Below are positions 25,262-38,400 of a stretch of 64,000 bases of DNA, piece after piece. This DNA comes from Klebsormidium nitens (taxonomy: Eukaryota > Plantae > Klebsormidiophyceae): contig DF236963.1 of assembly GCA_000708835.1 (NCBI GenBank), forward strand, positions 370,276 through 434,275, written 5' to 3'. Each line of letters opens with the position of its first letter. Position 1 is the first letter of the stretch. The position numbers and the translations under genes are program-made. The notes under the pieces were generated by a model that worked only from the letters and a program-made list of their open reading frames with translations, was not told where the DNA came from and made no database searches.

Positions 25262-26122
25262 TCCGGCTTCGGCTAGCTCAGCGTTCCTGAACGTGTCGCC
25301 CGTTTTAATGACGAACAGGAGGGCTTTCCATTAGAGTCGGGTCCTAAATGATCTCTCCTTGAAGCGCAGCATAAGGGCAAAGCTTTCCCTGGATATGTCT
25401 GCCGCGGCACGTTTCTGCCAGTCCGACAGTGAGCATATCCAATTGTGTGTGAGGACAAAAAGTCGGGGCTACTAGGCTATTGACGCAGTCATTTGAATTC
25501 TTAAAGCTGCTATAATATTCCCAATGAAGCTAAACGTACGGCTGCTTATGTACGTGTTTGGATACAAGACAGTAAAAGCCAGTTGCATGGTTAAGCAACG
25601 GTTGCCAAGTTGAGCAACAGAATGCGTGCTTTGAACGGTACTGACTGATTGTGAATATGATTGATGGTCCTTTATATGATTCTTTCAAGACATCACGAAT
25701 TTGATTTGCCTTCCCGCTGTTTGGTCGCGGACGCCGGTCATATCCGGGGGCCCCTTGAACCGTCGACGATCGGATCATGCAAGCGGAGCGGTGGCCACGC
25801 GCTTGGAGACGTACGTCAAGCGCATGGACGTAATGGCATGCAATATCTGCGCCATGCATCCAGAAGTATACTCACACTGATCCTCATGATCCAATCTTGC
25901 AGATCTGTGTATGTCTTGAACAGCTATGAGTGTGTACCCTCGTGCAGGACGTAGTGTACATCATTCATATAGTATACATGTTTCTACGAACAGATCTTTT
26001 CAACCTACTAAACTGCCAATGCAGTCTCAAGCGACACGCACTATCATCTGAGACAATTTCTCGTTTGCGATGTACGGCCTGGAGTCCAAGAGGTCTGTTT
26101 AGTACGTCTTGATCGTATGCAG

Positions 26123-28231
26123 TCAGTGACTTGATGATGCTATGGGAACAAGCTGCAATCCAAGCACCACGGTCTCCAGCAGATCTGCTGAGACGTTGGC
26201 CCAGTTTTTGGTTTCTACTAACCGCCTCACATAGGCCGTTGCTTTGTCTGCAATGACATCAACCGCCGACACGTGCTCGCCTTTTAACCAACGGATCCAG
26301 CCGAGAAGCGAATCGGAATCTATGCTAGTAACATCAGCAACGTCCCTGCACAGCTCATTCACTTGGCACGCCTCTCCAAGAGAAAAGAGCTCCTGCAACG
26401 AATGAGTCATTTGAGTCAGCAATTTTCGTATGCACCTTTCATAAGCTCACCTTGCATGGCACACCATAAATGTTGCTCGAAGGTAGTAATAACTATATTC
26501 TGTCCCTGTCGACCAGCCCTTACACAAGCCCTTCGTTTGACTGCCACAATACCATACGTAGACTGTACAAGTATGGATCATGTAGATGTTAAGCGACAAG
26601 CATAAAAACAATCGAAGAAAGATCGTAAGAGCTTTTGTTGCTTGGTTGCCCAGAAGCCAGTATGACGAGTCTGTCAAGTCGAACATGGCTTCGGAACAAA
26701 ATCAGGTGTTCAGTCACAAGCACAAAGCAATGCCACAGTGCTTACCTGCAAGGTCCCAGCATCTTGCTCGAACACTGCATGCTTGTTCCCATAAACATAC
26801 TGAAGAAAGCTGGTTATTGCTTTGTTGGTGGCCTGGCAGGGCATCTGACACCGCAGCTTGTTGTGTAGGTTCCACTTCTCTTTGGCCCAAGTCTCCGAGA
26901 ACTGCTTACTGAAGTAAGGGACCTTGACAAGCACTGCAGTGTGTGCATACGCGAAGGTTCCCTCCTGAAGAATTGAACATACGAAGCTTTCAGTCGATGC
27001 CAGTACTCGCAAAATACAGCCGAGGTCATGTTTTTCTTGTGTCCAACTTGTGTCCAGAGGTTCTTAAGCACCAGTTGTGTCTAAAGGTTAAAGGGTGTCC
27101 AAAACAATATCCCGTTCTTCACTCAGATTGAGGAAGAAGAGGCTGAGAACAATGAAAAAGCAGGCCAAAAAGTCAAAGCGCAAGAAGTTCGTCCTTCTTT
27201 TAGAGAAAGGCCAAAGGCACATAACTTTCTGGATTGTAAGGTGGGAGACTTTCGCATCACAGAAGGACAAAAAGGAGGCAACGAGTCAGGCAACCAGTAT
27301 TTCAAACACCCAGAAGCTTCTTCCCTGTCTGAAATTACCAGTACTCTGCCTCTGCAAGAGGTAGGCGCCATAAGAGACATGGGGAGCATTTATCACCTGC
27401 GAGTAAAGCTCTGCAACCGACATGACACTCTGCATTGACAAAGTGCAAGAGTCCTCTTACCTTGCTTTGAATCTCAACATCCCCAGTCTCATGCGCATCT
27501 TGCAACATCCCAGCCACAAACTGCACTGGGGCGCTGTCGCCCCTCTTTGGTGATTCCAGCAGGATTTCCAAACATAGAGAGATGCTTCTTCCTGGTGCTA
27601 GGACAACCTTCCAAGATCCATTCTCGCCAGGTGTGCACTGTGTGGCAGTTGGCTGGGGCTGATGAGCAGCCGCAGCTCCAAAGCCCCCAAACAGAGGAGC
27701 GGGCGGGGGGGGTGGTGCAGCAAAGCCAAAGTTCAATGGTGCTACACCAGCATGCACAGGTGGGTTTGGAAGGGCTTGGGGCTCCGCTCGGGGGGGTATT
27801 AAAGCACCTGGTGCAACGCTACAGCTCGAGATTGAGGCCTTGTAACCAAGCATGTTTGGCTTGGCGAGTGACAGATTGAGCTGGACCTCAGGTATCGTCC
27901 GCTGAATGTGCTGAATGTAGGTGATTTGATTTGTATCGCTGCACTTCAGAGTTAGGGGGATGGGAAGCTCCTGGTGAAAGGAGGCACATGAGAGGAGGAG
28001 GGAGAGAGACTTGTCATTGCACCCGACCGCCTCAGACTTGAATTGCAGGTTGAATGTGCTTCTGCACTCCTCTTTCCAGCTGGGGATGCGGTTACCTGAC
28101 GAGTCCCTCTTGAGGGATTCGAATGTTTTGATGATGGCAGTACGGGTGTCGGTGAGGGTGGCCACCGGTGCGGACGTCATTGCAGTCAAGGTCTTCAACA
28201 TCTGTTCAACAGTTGGATCAAGCAGCTCCAT
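26123..28231 (-). CDS. BTB/POZ domain protein, 419 aa. Exons 28231-27461, 26964-26746, 26392-26123.
   Basis: All junctions are phase 0 and canonical. GDVEIQSK|EGTFAYAHTAVLVKVPYFSKQF...AITSFLQYVYG...LQ|ELFSLGEACQVNELC is a BTB fold signature, followed by a helical BACK-like tail. Confidence 0.85.
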
Positions 28232-28980
28232 GTGGATGATTCTTCATCTGCCAAAAATGCTAGCTGCTCATTCTCCACCAAGTCCTTAGCTAAACATAAT
28301 GTGGAAACCTCAAAGCTGTTCAGCTGCTTCAGAGGCCGTGATGTAAGGTGGCGCTGCAAGAGCTTGGCTTGGCATCAGCTCCACAGAAATGCCAAAGCAG
28401 TAGTAAGCAGGTCGAAAGCAGCTCCAATGTCAACGACGCCTCATGCCTGTCCCTGCCCTTGCCTGCTCTGCTTGGACTTGGAGAACCATCTGCCTGAATG
28501 CGAGTTGCTCTAAATAAAATCAAGCCACATTCTCCATAAGCGGATAAGATTTGGTTAAAACACGTTATCCTCCGACCTCGATAACGGCAGAATCTGTAGT
28601 CGTTGAGATGTCTCGACAGTAGGTAATAGAAAGAGATACGCTTTGCCGTCTCAGCACTCAGGTAGCATTACCGGATTGTACGACGTACCTAAGGCTATAT
28701 CTTGCAACCCATAAGTGGGCGTTCTAGACAATTGGCAAGGAGGAAGCAAGGAGGAAAAGGGAAGGCAGAAAGAAAATCAGTTCATGCGAAAATTGAGCGT
28801 TGAACAAAGCTGCCATTGCTGGTATGCCCAGCATGCATCACGAATCACGATACAGGATGGCTGTAAGCTGACGACAACGTGCATCGTGCACCGCCATCGT
28901 GTATCTGAAAGCAACATCATTGATCATCTGCTTGGCATATTAAGTAGACGCCAAAGCACCACATCCGTCCGTGAATTGTC

Positions 28981-31268
28981 ATGGCAAGCGGAGACGGTGG
29001 TAAGATCATACCACCTAGCAAGCGGCCTGATGGGACTCTACGAAAGGAGATAAGAGTCCGGGCAGGTTATGTACCGCCTGATGAGGTGCAGAGATATGAG
29101 TCAAAAGGAACTCAGGTGATTCCTCAGTGCTGGCCCCCATAGAACTACCTGAAATGCTGAATTTTCGTAACTCTGCATCCTTTGCTTGGGACATTTGACA
29201 ATTCCCCGCTGTTCCTGCCACCCACTGTCACTGCGAGCTGAAGCATCACTGGCCCCTTTTTCTATTTCTCATTTGCTGCCGCTACCTCAAGGTCTTGGAA
29301 TCTAGCCTGGAGTTTGCTATCTCAGCATGCTGCCCCTTCTTTTTCAATCGCCACTTGAATTCTCGCAGTGCTGCTTTGCAAAGTCTGCTTGTTCCTTGGT
29401 CTACAGCCAATTCCCCATCTCAATGAATTTTACAGAATGAAGATTCATATTATCACCTTCTGTTTGCAGTTCAAGAAAGGCGTGGGTGTTCCTGGTTTAG
29501 AGTTTGTGGACGATGGCCTGTCAAAACCAAAGGGCAAATCGGCGGCTCGGAACGAGCGTAGAAAGCAAAAGAAGGAGGTGAGAAGCGGTTGCATTCTGCA
29601 TCACCATTGAACAGAAGGCACGGAAGTATTTTGTGGCCGCTTTACGCAATTCAGAGGCAGCTCACATTGGAAGGTGCTAGGGCCAGGATTGTGTCTGCCC
29701 ATGCAAACGAAGTTACTGGCGGAAACCGGACGTAGGGAAGGATCTGAAGTCTGGGCTTTACATTCAAGCTTGGGCGACTCCTGGTTGAGTGACAACTTTA
29801 CACATGCTCTGCCTTTGGCTCAATTTGGAGCTCTTACTCTTAAAACGACATGGATGGTAGTGGGGTCATAGTCTGAAACGTGTGTGGGAAGTTTAAGCAC
29901 GATCGAAATTCGACCCGATCGAATCTCGACCTGCGCTTTTCTTCCAGTATCCATTTTGTGTCTGCTTTCGCTGTGCGGTTCTGAAACGCTGAGGAGTTGC
30001 GGATTACCCCGTAGCGGTCTCCTCAGGTACCTAGCTGGCAGGCACAAGATGAACGTTCCATCTTTTATCCCCCTTCCCTTGCAGCCTAGCTTTTGCGTTT
30101 GCTGGTTGACTACCTCACCATAGTTGGACCTCTGCTTGCCCGCGGTAGATCTCTCTTCAGTCCGCCAAAAGGGGCACTCTTATTCTGACAGGAGTCTGCA
30201 TCCTCCACAAGTGCACCGGCGGAGAGTTTAGAAACTCGAGTTGCGGGTTTGTCCGTTGCGGAAGCTGGCCCGACTGGTGGTAAGGGCGAGGGAGGGGCGT
30301 CCGCTGCTCCCGCTCCGTCGGCAGGGGCGAGCAATGCGGAAGACGAGAGGGGAGCGCTTGAGAAGAAGCTGAGGGCACTCAAAAAGAAGGCGAGGGGCTC
30401 TGCTCTCCTCGGTTTTGGGTTGGAAAGCAGTCCTCGGACGGCCCCGGGTGGAGAACATGCACACTAAATTTGGCACTCACGATAGAGATTCTCGACAGAT
30501 TGCCATTCAGACTTCCGACCGTCAGAAGCTCAAAGCCGTCTGCAATGTAGTGTGGCGCCCGTCGAATGCTGACGCCTACTACGAGTTCCACCTGTAAGTT
30601 AAGTTCGATGGCGGAACAAAGATGGTGTTTTTAAGATAAGCCAGCGACCTTACATTCCTGCTGGCGCTGACCCATCAAAGTGGCCGGTCAATGGTCGGTG
30701 GATCCGGCAGGCTCATCCAAAGGCTAGAGTTGCATGGCCGGATGACCATTGTACAGATCGAATTTTCGGTTCAGCTTGGCAGATGTTTTTGTACGAGAAT
30801 GAACAAAAAAGGCTTGCTGGCTCTACAACCTTGGAAAAGCTTGATGCGATTACTAGCTTGAGTCTCCGCTAAGCTTGTTGGACCAGAACTTTGTCTTGCT
30901 GGACAAAAGGTTCACCGGCTTTCCGACCAGTAAGTAAATCATTGGGTTGGCGATTCTAGGTGGTACCAACACTGGGGGGGTGGAAATCTTCTGAAACTTT
31001 CTGCCAATGTTCCAAGGTTCCCAGCGAGCCTTCAAGTACCTCGCTTACCAAGAATCCAGTGTCACTGCAGAGATGGCGCGTGATCCCGAACCCCGGGCTA
31101 ACCTTGCATCTTTGTGTGTCGCAGATTCGTCAAGCAGAGGCTATAGAGGAAAGTTTGAAAGCGGGTGGCGCGGCAACTGACGAGCAGAAAGAGAAAGTAA
31201 GCAAGTTGCCACTATGGCGAAACGAAGAGAATATGTTAGAGAAACAGATTTCGCAAACAGCAAGCTAA
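28981..31268 (+). CDS. PYM1: Partner of Y14 and Mago (PYM/WIBG), exon-junction-complex disassembly factor, 194 aa. Exons 28981-29115, 29470-29577, 30192-30389, 31125-31268.
   Basis: N-terminal Mago-binding motif [44 protein letters not shown], and C-terminal [15 protein letters not shown]...EQKEKVSKL. 585 nt in frame, requiring a GC donor at 30390. Confidence 0.93.
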
Positions 31269-32454
31269 GTAAGCCGACATTGATATGTCAACTTTGTACG
31301 AAATTCTGCACGCACTTTTTGAGTCATATGTGCTTGGTATCATGCTAGATTGGGAGGATCAAACGCGGTCTGTCGACGACGTTTTGAGGAGCCCATGCAT
31401 ACTCTCTGAAATTATCCGGAAGATAGAGATATCTACACACACATGAACCACATGCCTTCTTCCTTTGCAAAGAAAAACTAGTTAGCTCGCTGCGTTTGAA
31501 CTTATGCACGTCGCGGTCTTGCCACGCGCCGTGTTGTACGTGCAGGCGCCCCTGGCTCTTGCAACGACAATCGAATATACAGTGTAGCTGGGCCGGCCTA
31601 GGTATCCCAGTCATGGCGCGTGCCCAGCGATAGGCCATGCAGGGCGAATAACTGTTGCCAGATTAGTCCTTGCGTATGGTGACCGGTCGATCGGAACGTC
31701 TCTTTTCCAGCATGTATGTATACCTGTGACTGCGGACATGTTCTGTAATCATATATGCCATTGGAACTTCATGTGCATAGCACACCGGCATTTGCGGGTC
31801 CCGCCAATGTATAGCAGGCAAGGGGTTGCCTCTCAGCCAGTGTAGCTGAAGAAGAGGCAGTCAAGTTTTTTGCATGCCTTTCTGATAACTTAAGGTATCA
31901 GTTGCCGCGCGGATGTGTCGATGTATAGAGGCTTAAAGCTAGCAAATCGATCGTCTGCTTCAAGACCTGGCAACACTGACCGAGCCCCTGAAGGTGTGGC
32001 AGCGTCGTGTGTCTATTCGAGCAAGGCATGCGAAGATTGTACTGCGACGTCCTGTTTGAGCAGACCGTACTCTCTCAGCAAACGCGGGAGCGTCTGTGCA
32101 CGGGCCACTGACATCAGCGGATGCTGTCAATGATTCTGATGAACGTTCATGTCAGTGGCAAGTAAAGTCAGTAAGTCTATGTTACATTCGTCTGAGCGGT
32201 ACGTTCAAGCGAAACTGGAGTACCAGATGTCCGTTTGGATCGATTTCTCCCTGTTCTTGAGTGTCTCTTTGTACTGATGTCAAAGATGCTGACCTGCCAT
32301 TGGCCGCTTTCAATCTACTGTAATTTCATATTGTCTCTGCACAGCCAAGGGGCACCTTGAATGTGAATGCGTTAACACAACATGTCACGTCTACTGGAGG
32401 GGTTTGAACCTGTCACAAGTTCCTCATTCGACAAGCTTGCCTTGTGCTTTTGTA

Positions 32455-35400
32455 CTATAGTTTGCCGGCTACCTTTCCGGCTTTTAGGGAGATCAGTCCC
32501 TTCGCGGCCAGGTTTGCTACCGAGTCAGCAATTACGCGCGCGTTGCTCCGCTGGTATCCACCTGCACCGGGCAAAGGGACGCAACTCTTCAGGCACCCTG
32601 TTATTGCTCAGCCTTCATCTACCCCTTCTTCCTTGCGCAAGGTTTGCAGCAATTTCATCCAAAACTCGTTGATATCCCTCCACTCCATTTAGAGCCGTCA
32701 AAGATTTCGCCCTGGTCCTTGACAGGAAGGAATGCCGCCTTCTTTAAAAGCGGTCTTTGACACTCTCTCTGTTGGTTCCTCGTCGCCAATTTCAGGTGCA
32801 GGTCAGCCAGTCAAAAGACAAACTAGACCTCAATAGTGGGTCAATAGTTCTGCCCGATGTTCCCAGCGCTGACGTCAGCATCTTCGGACCTTAGAAAGGT
32901 CGTAAGCCGATACACTGAAAGGTAGCACCAGCTTCAACCTGAGCATCTCGGGCAGGCGGTCTTTTCCTCTCCGACGTCCTTCATCTGACGTCATCGTCAA
33001 GGGGTATCTCCCTCACCTGACGTCACCATCATGATGGGTATGCTCCGGCTCCGCGCGTGCTGGAACACCATCTCGTCACGTGCCACCACGCCCTCTTCCG
33101 TGACGTCCAAACGGCCCAGCGGATCCCCTTGCAGGACGTCCGTACCGGCGTTGTACACAACTAGATCGGGCTCGAACTCGCTGAACGCCGCCTGCAGATC
33201 AATCAAGCGGATGGTGTCAACACTATCTTTTTATAAATCATAAGCCGTATGAATGACTGTCTGACGATAGAAGGTTGGGTGGAATTAGGTTAGGGCGTGG
33301 GTTCAAGTCTGGTTGCGGAATGGTTGGATTTTGGGCCGGTTTGACGCTGTCCGGTTATAAAACCCACCATTCATAGGAATGAGAGTCCAGAGAGCGCGCC
33401 GACACTGCGAAGCGTTACTCTGTTTCGGGGCCAGTCTTTTGGGTTTTGTAAAGAACGAGGACGGCATTGTATTATGGTAGCACGAACGAGACACATTGGA
33501 TGGCTTTGGGCGACGAAGCCCTGCTCTTCCCTAGCTTGTTTGAAGCAAGCGGTAAAATGCAAAGGAACCTACTTCGCGGCACCTCAAAGACGCGAACTTA
33601 AGGCAAAATTTCATCTGACAAATCTTACCAGATGCATATCAGCCAACTAAAATTTCAAATCCCTAGGATCGAGATCTTCAGTGCAACACTCAAAAGCCAT
33701 TTTCGTATCAGAGCGAAGGGCCTCCTTTCAAAAGAAGGAGAAAAGAGTTGGTACATTACCTTCAGATTCATTTCTAGTAGTCGCAGGTATTCCTGGTCAC
33801 CAGTGCCGCTCTGAAAGCACGTGTTGAAAAACGGCAGTTAGAAAGAAGTCTCGATTCGTTTTTGACTCAGCGAGGAGCCACGGAATCCACAGTGCGCACT
33901 GCGTAAGGGGACGCTCAAGAGAATCCTGCAATCTACTTGACCCCGTTTTTAGTAAAAAATGTGCATGCAGGTGACGACTTTCGGGCAGTGGCGATGAGCC
34001 CAGTCAACTCGCTTCGAGATCCACATAGAGGGCGTTTACTGCATCCCAACCCTCGCATGCTTGAGCAGCCTCGCTGCATACCAAGTTTCGTTGCTTGCGG
34101 AGTCTGTCCTAAGCAAGGGCTCCCTAATACGATAATAATAATTGTTGTCATCCTTGATCGCAACAAACACTGCAATTGGACAACAAGACGTAACTATGGA
34201 AATACCGGTTTAATTTGTCCACTTTCTGAGGAACAGATTGGCGTAGCGGTTACTCAGAAACACGTGCGAGTCACTCACTCTCAGCTCCACCGCTCGGCTA
34301 ATGGCCTTCTTTGCCGGCCCGTCACGCGGGTAAATCTCTCGGTTATACATGTCCAATATGTACACCCGTTTATCGTCCAGAAAGTCCCTGTAAACGAAGG
34401 AGATTGCCAGATGAGACATCTGATCGTTCATACGAGAGGTCGTTTTGAAAGAGTCGGAATGAGCAAACAACGGAACATACTTCTATTCAAACTATCATCT
34501 TGCGAACGAAGCTTGAGATTTCAGGGGAGTAGCCAACCAGTGAGTCTGGCTCTGCATCCTCTTCGTTGACCGCGCAAATGTGATAAGAGTACAAAGCTGC
34601 AGGGTCAGATGAACGGTTTTGCAAGACATCAGTCATGGGCTGCGAACCAGCTTCGACATCAGTGGCCGTCGCAAACAACGGATGCCACCATCTCAGAAAG
34701 GTTCTTTCGAGCTCTTTCCCCGCTTTTCCCCTCAACTTTCGTGGCCGTTTCCTTGGTGGGCGTCTAGGTCCACAATCATCACCCGCTCGACCTTTTGCTT
34801 TTCCATCGCGAACTTGACGGCGAGCGTGATGTCAGCGTACGCGCAGAAGCCCCCGCCCTGGTAGCCGCAGCAATGGTGGAACCCGCCCCTGCAAGCAACC
34901 AAACTCAGCTGAATCCGATTCTTGTGAAGAACTTAGAGCTCAACAAAAACGCTGGTGCCGGAGAGCTTAAAAATGGGTGCTACACGGATTTGAAGAGGGT
35001 TGCGGGCAAACATCTTCTCTGGAAGGGCGCAGAGACCTGAAATCCAAGCAGACAAAGCGACAGGCTCGACGCGATTGGAGGATTCAGAGGCCAGTGAGGA
35101 AGATGCAAGCCGAAAACGTAAATGAGCACCGCTCATTGACCAGATCAATGGAAAAAGAGACACCTACGCGTGCAGAATGAAAATATTGTAACGGATTCGG
35201 GCGCCAACGAAAAGACATGCAAGCCCTTCGTCTAGGAAAAGCGCCGCTGAGAGTTAGATTTCGAGGACAGAGGAGAGCGTCGTCAACCGTAAATCGTGGA
35301 GGGCAAAAAGCAAGACAGCCAAAGGCCGGACAACTACTGTAGTCGGCAAAGAGATTCTGAACCGCACGCAGACTGCGCCGGAGGATAGCAGTAAGAGCAC

Positions 35401-38400
35401 CGACGAGAATTCTTTTCGGCTTAAAATCTTCTTTCTCCTCTCTCACCCCTTACCCGATGTTGATCGCCCACCCCCTCTCCTTCGCAAGCTTTCCGGCGAG
35501 GACCGTTCCGCCGGTCTGGTACCGGAACGGCCGCATCAGCCGCCGTTGGACGAGCCAGTTGGGCAGCAGAGCGACAAACGCCAGCTCCGTGATTTGCGCC
35601 ACAGTCACGGAAGTTCGAAGGCTGGCCAAATACTCCGGAGTGTGTGCCTGCGATGGGAAGAAGCCTTCAGGAGATGCGGATATACTTAAACTCTTCTTAC
35701 ATCGTTAAAGCGAGTGGAAGTGTGATACGATTTCGGGCCACGGTCACCGGGTTTCGAAGGCTGGCCAAGTACGCCGGAGTGCAAGCCTGCGGTAGAAAGA
35801 CGCCTTCACGAGTTCCGAATAACTTTCTTGCTTCGTTGAAGTGGGGCAAAAGTCACGCGATCAGGAGCCACGGTCACTGAGCTTCGAAGGCGGGCGAAAC
35901 ACGTCGGAGTGTGCGCATGAAGCGTGGACCAGTAGATTTGTGAATAATGGTTAAGTAAGCAGTTCTGAGAAGGTTGCATAAATCTCCAGGATCTGAGCTA
36001 AGGTTACCGAGCTCCGGAGACTCATCGCTACTACAAAGCGTGCGCCTGAAAGGGGAACGGATTGTGTTCGCCAAATTGAAGAAATGGAAGACAGCTTGTC
36101 ATGTGGACCGCTGTATGGTTAAGTGAGCTTCATCAATGGTAGCCACGGTCCCAGAGCTTCCAAAGGCTTGCCGAGTATTTCAAACGTACACAAGAAGATA
36201 CGTAAACGCATTGGGCACAGCGTGACAAATGGTGCGAGCGGCGGCCGAGTAAAGCAGGCTGCTTGATTTCAACTACGGTCAGCTTCCGATTGGTGACAGG
36301 AGATCTCGGGTTTTCCTGCCAAAACTCTGGAGAACGTCGGTGCCAAGTGTCAATCCTTTGTTCACAGGTGCTTGCTGTGGTGTCTACTTCTTTCATTGGC
36401 GGATACTGTCAGAAACTTGGCGCAAAACCGAAGGCCTAAAAAAACAAGCGGCCCAACAACGAACCGAGGAACCATGAATGCTTTTTAGCAACCTCCCAGT
36501 AACCACTGGCGCATCTAGGCTTAAAGAAAGAGATTCCGTTTGTGGATTTGGAAACGTGTGAAAAATCATGGCCAAAGACGGTTTGGACTTTCCACATTCC
36601 CGCAATTCTCAGGGGGAGGTCGTCGGCGGAAGCTTGGCGTCAAAGATCCGTGCGAAAGCGTGGGAGTCAATTGCCCCAGGATTTAATATCATCGGCTTTG
36701 ACAAGAGTGCTGAGCTTCTGAAGCCTTCTAAGACCCTCGTCAGTTACCCCGAAATTCTCGGCAACGCCCTCGATTTGTATAAGCTGGGTTAACCTGTCAC
36801 GCAATCTTTTGGCCGCTGGACAAGCCAGATTCAGCACGCTGGAATTGAGCATTATGCGTCGAGCCATTGTAGCAGCGTATCAGGACTATGATCGGAAGAC
36901 GATGACAAAGATAGAGCAGCTAAATCAACACACGATTACTTAAACCCGAATTGCACGACGAAGAACGGACGCGCTGTTTCGTAGTCAAACGTACAGGAAA
37001 TGGCCACAGAGAAAGTACAAGAGCTCATTAAAATTTTCCGGAACGCATCTTTGGGACAAATGTCCCAGACTGCGTCGCACATTCATCGCTCCAAAAAAAG
37101 CTGCCAAGATGCTTAGTCAGCCAGATATTGCGACATCAGCGCCAGAGAACAGGAAGCCGAAGGATGCGAGTATCGACCCCTTGGCTGAGGACGTTGAGAA
37201 CCGCTACGATTGTCGGCCAATATTCCTCCGTGCTGGTAAGGTTCTGAGCACCTCAAAGCCGTCACGGTGTCTTGATGTACAAACACAGTGAGTCACCAAC
37301 CGCTGGCACAACGCGAACGTGTTGCCTCCAAAAAGGAGGTAACATTCTGGAGGGCGGCATGAAAGGTTGCATCAAGAAACAGGGCGTCAGCGCCGACGGA
37401 CGGTGTACTGTTACAAGTTCCGGTGGGCATCGCTGCCTTGCTTTTGCAACCAATCCTCGATTGCCGGACTTAAAGCCGCAGTAGTCACGCGAAGAAAATG
37501 CGTCTCAAGACGTCCAAAAGTTGCAAACGCAGAAGATAGACTGAGGCACTGCATCTCAAAACGTCATCAAAGTTGCAAAAAGTTCCACCCGTTTGCGGCT
37601 GTCCTCGAGCGCGCATGTTGAAGCACACCGAGGCATTTTGAAGGCATCCAACTTGAAAAGGCTACAAGCTCTTGGAGGAAGTCCAATCACAACCGCACGG
37701 ACGACCAGAAACTGGGCCACGGAAGCAACCACCTTGAGGAGATTGACTGTGATACGTGTGCGAGGACGAGCCAAACCAAAAGCAATGACTGGATTACCCT
37801 TCCCTGTTTCTCGTAAGATATGAACGAGCATCAGCAATCTCAGATCGTGATCAGTGAGGTGCCAAGTAGTGAGCCCCAGTCGTTCGTCCGCATCATGGCC
37901 AACGAACCCAACGGATGCCCAAGCTGTCAATCCACGATAAGCAGACGCCCGTGCTGAATTGAGCAAGGCTGACGGATCGTTTCTCTCTCGTCTGATGCTG
38001 GCTGCGAGAAGTACTATTGCGATGAACCATCCAGGGCTTTCAAGATCGCAGAATCAAGTTTTACTGCGCTGCCGAAAAGGATTCTTGAAAGCCTAGTATG
38101 AAGGAGGAGGATCACAAGCACCTCAAATCTTCGAGGCGCAATCAGTAGCGGTTCGATGAGCATGCACGTATCATTGATGGAAGACTAATAACGGAGCCGG
38201 TAGGAGCGCCGCTGAGTTCAGGCGTTTGCTTTCAAAGTCAGAAACCACGGGTTTCGCAAACGGTTAGTGACCACATACTACTCAAGTAGACAAAGTTCCC
38301 TCCAGACAGCTACGCACAACGCACAAAGCCTCGGGAAGCATTCCTGAGAATCGGTGAAAGCAAACCTAGAACTTATGAAGCCTTGCCCATCCCAGGTGAC

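Noticed and set aside
27055-27100. Possible echo of BTB exon-2 start in intron 1
   Set aside because: Needs several gaps to align; too weak
30490-30545. Possible PYM exon-4 pseudo-start (cag|ATT...CTC AAA GCC, I.........LKA)
   Set aside because: Only four aligned residues; indistinguishable from chance without statistics
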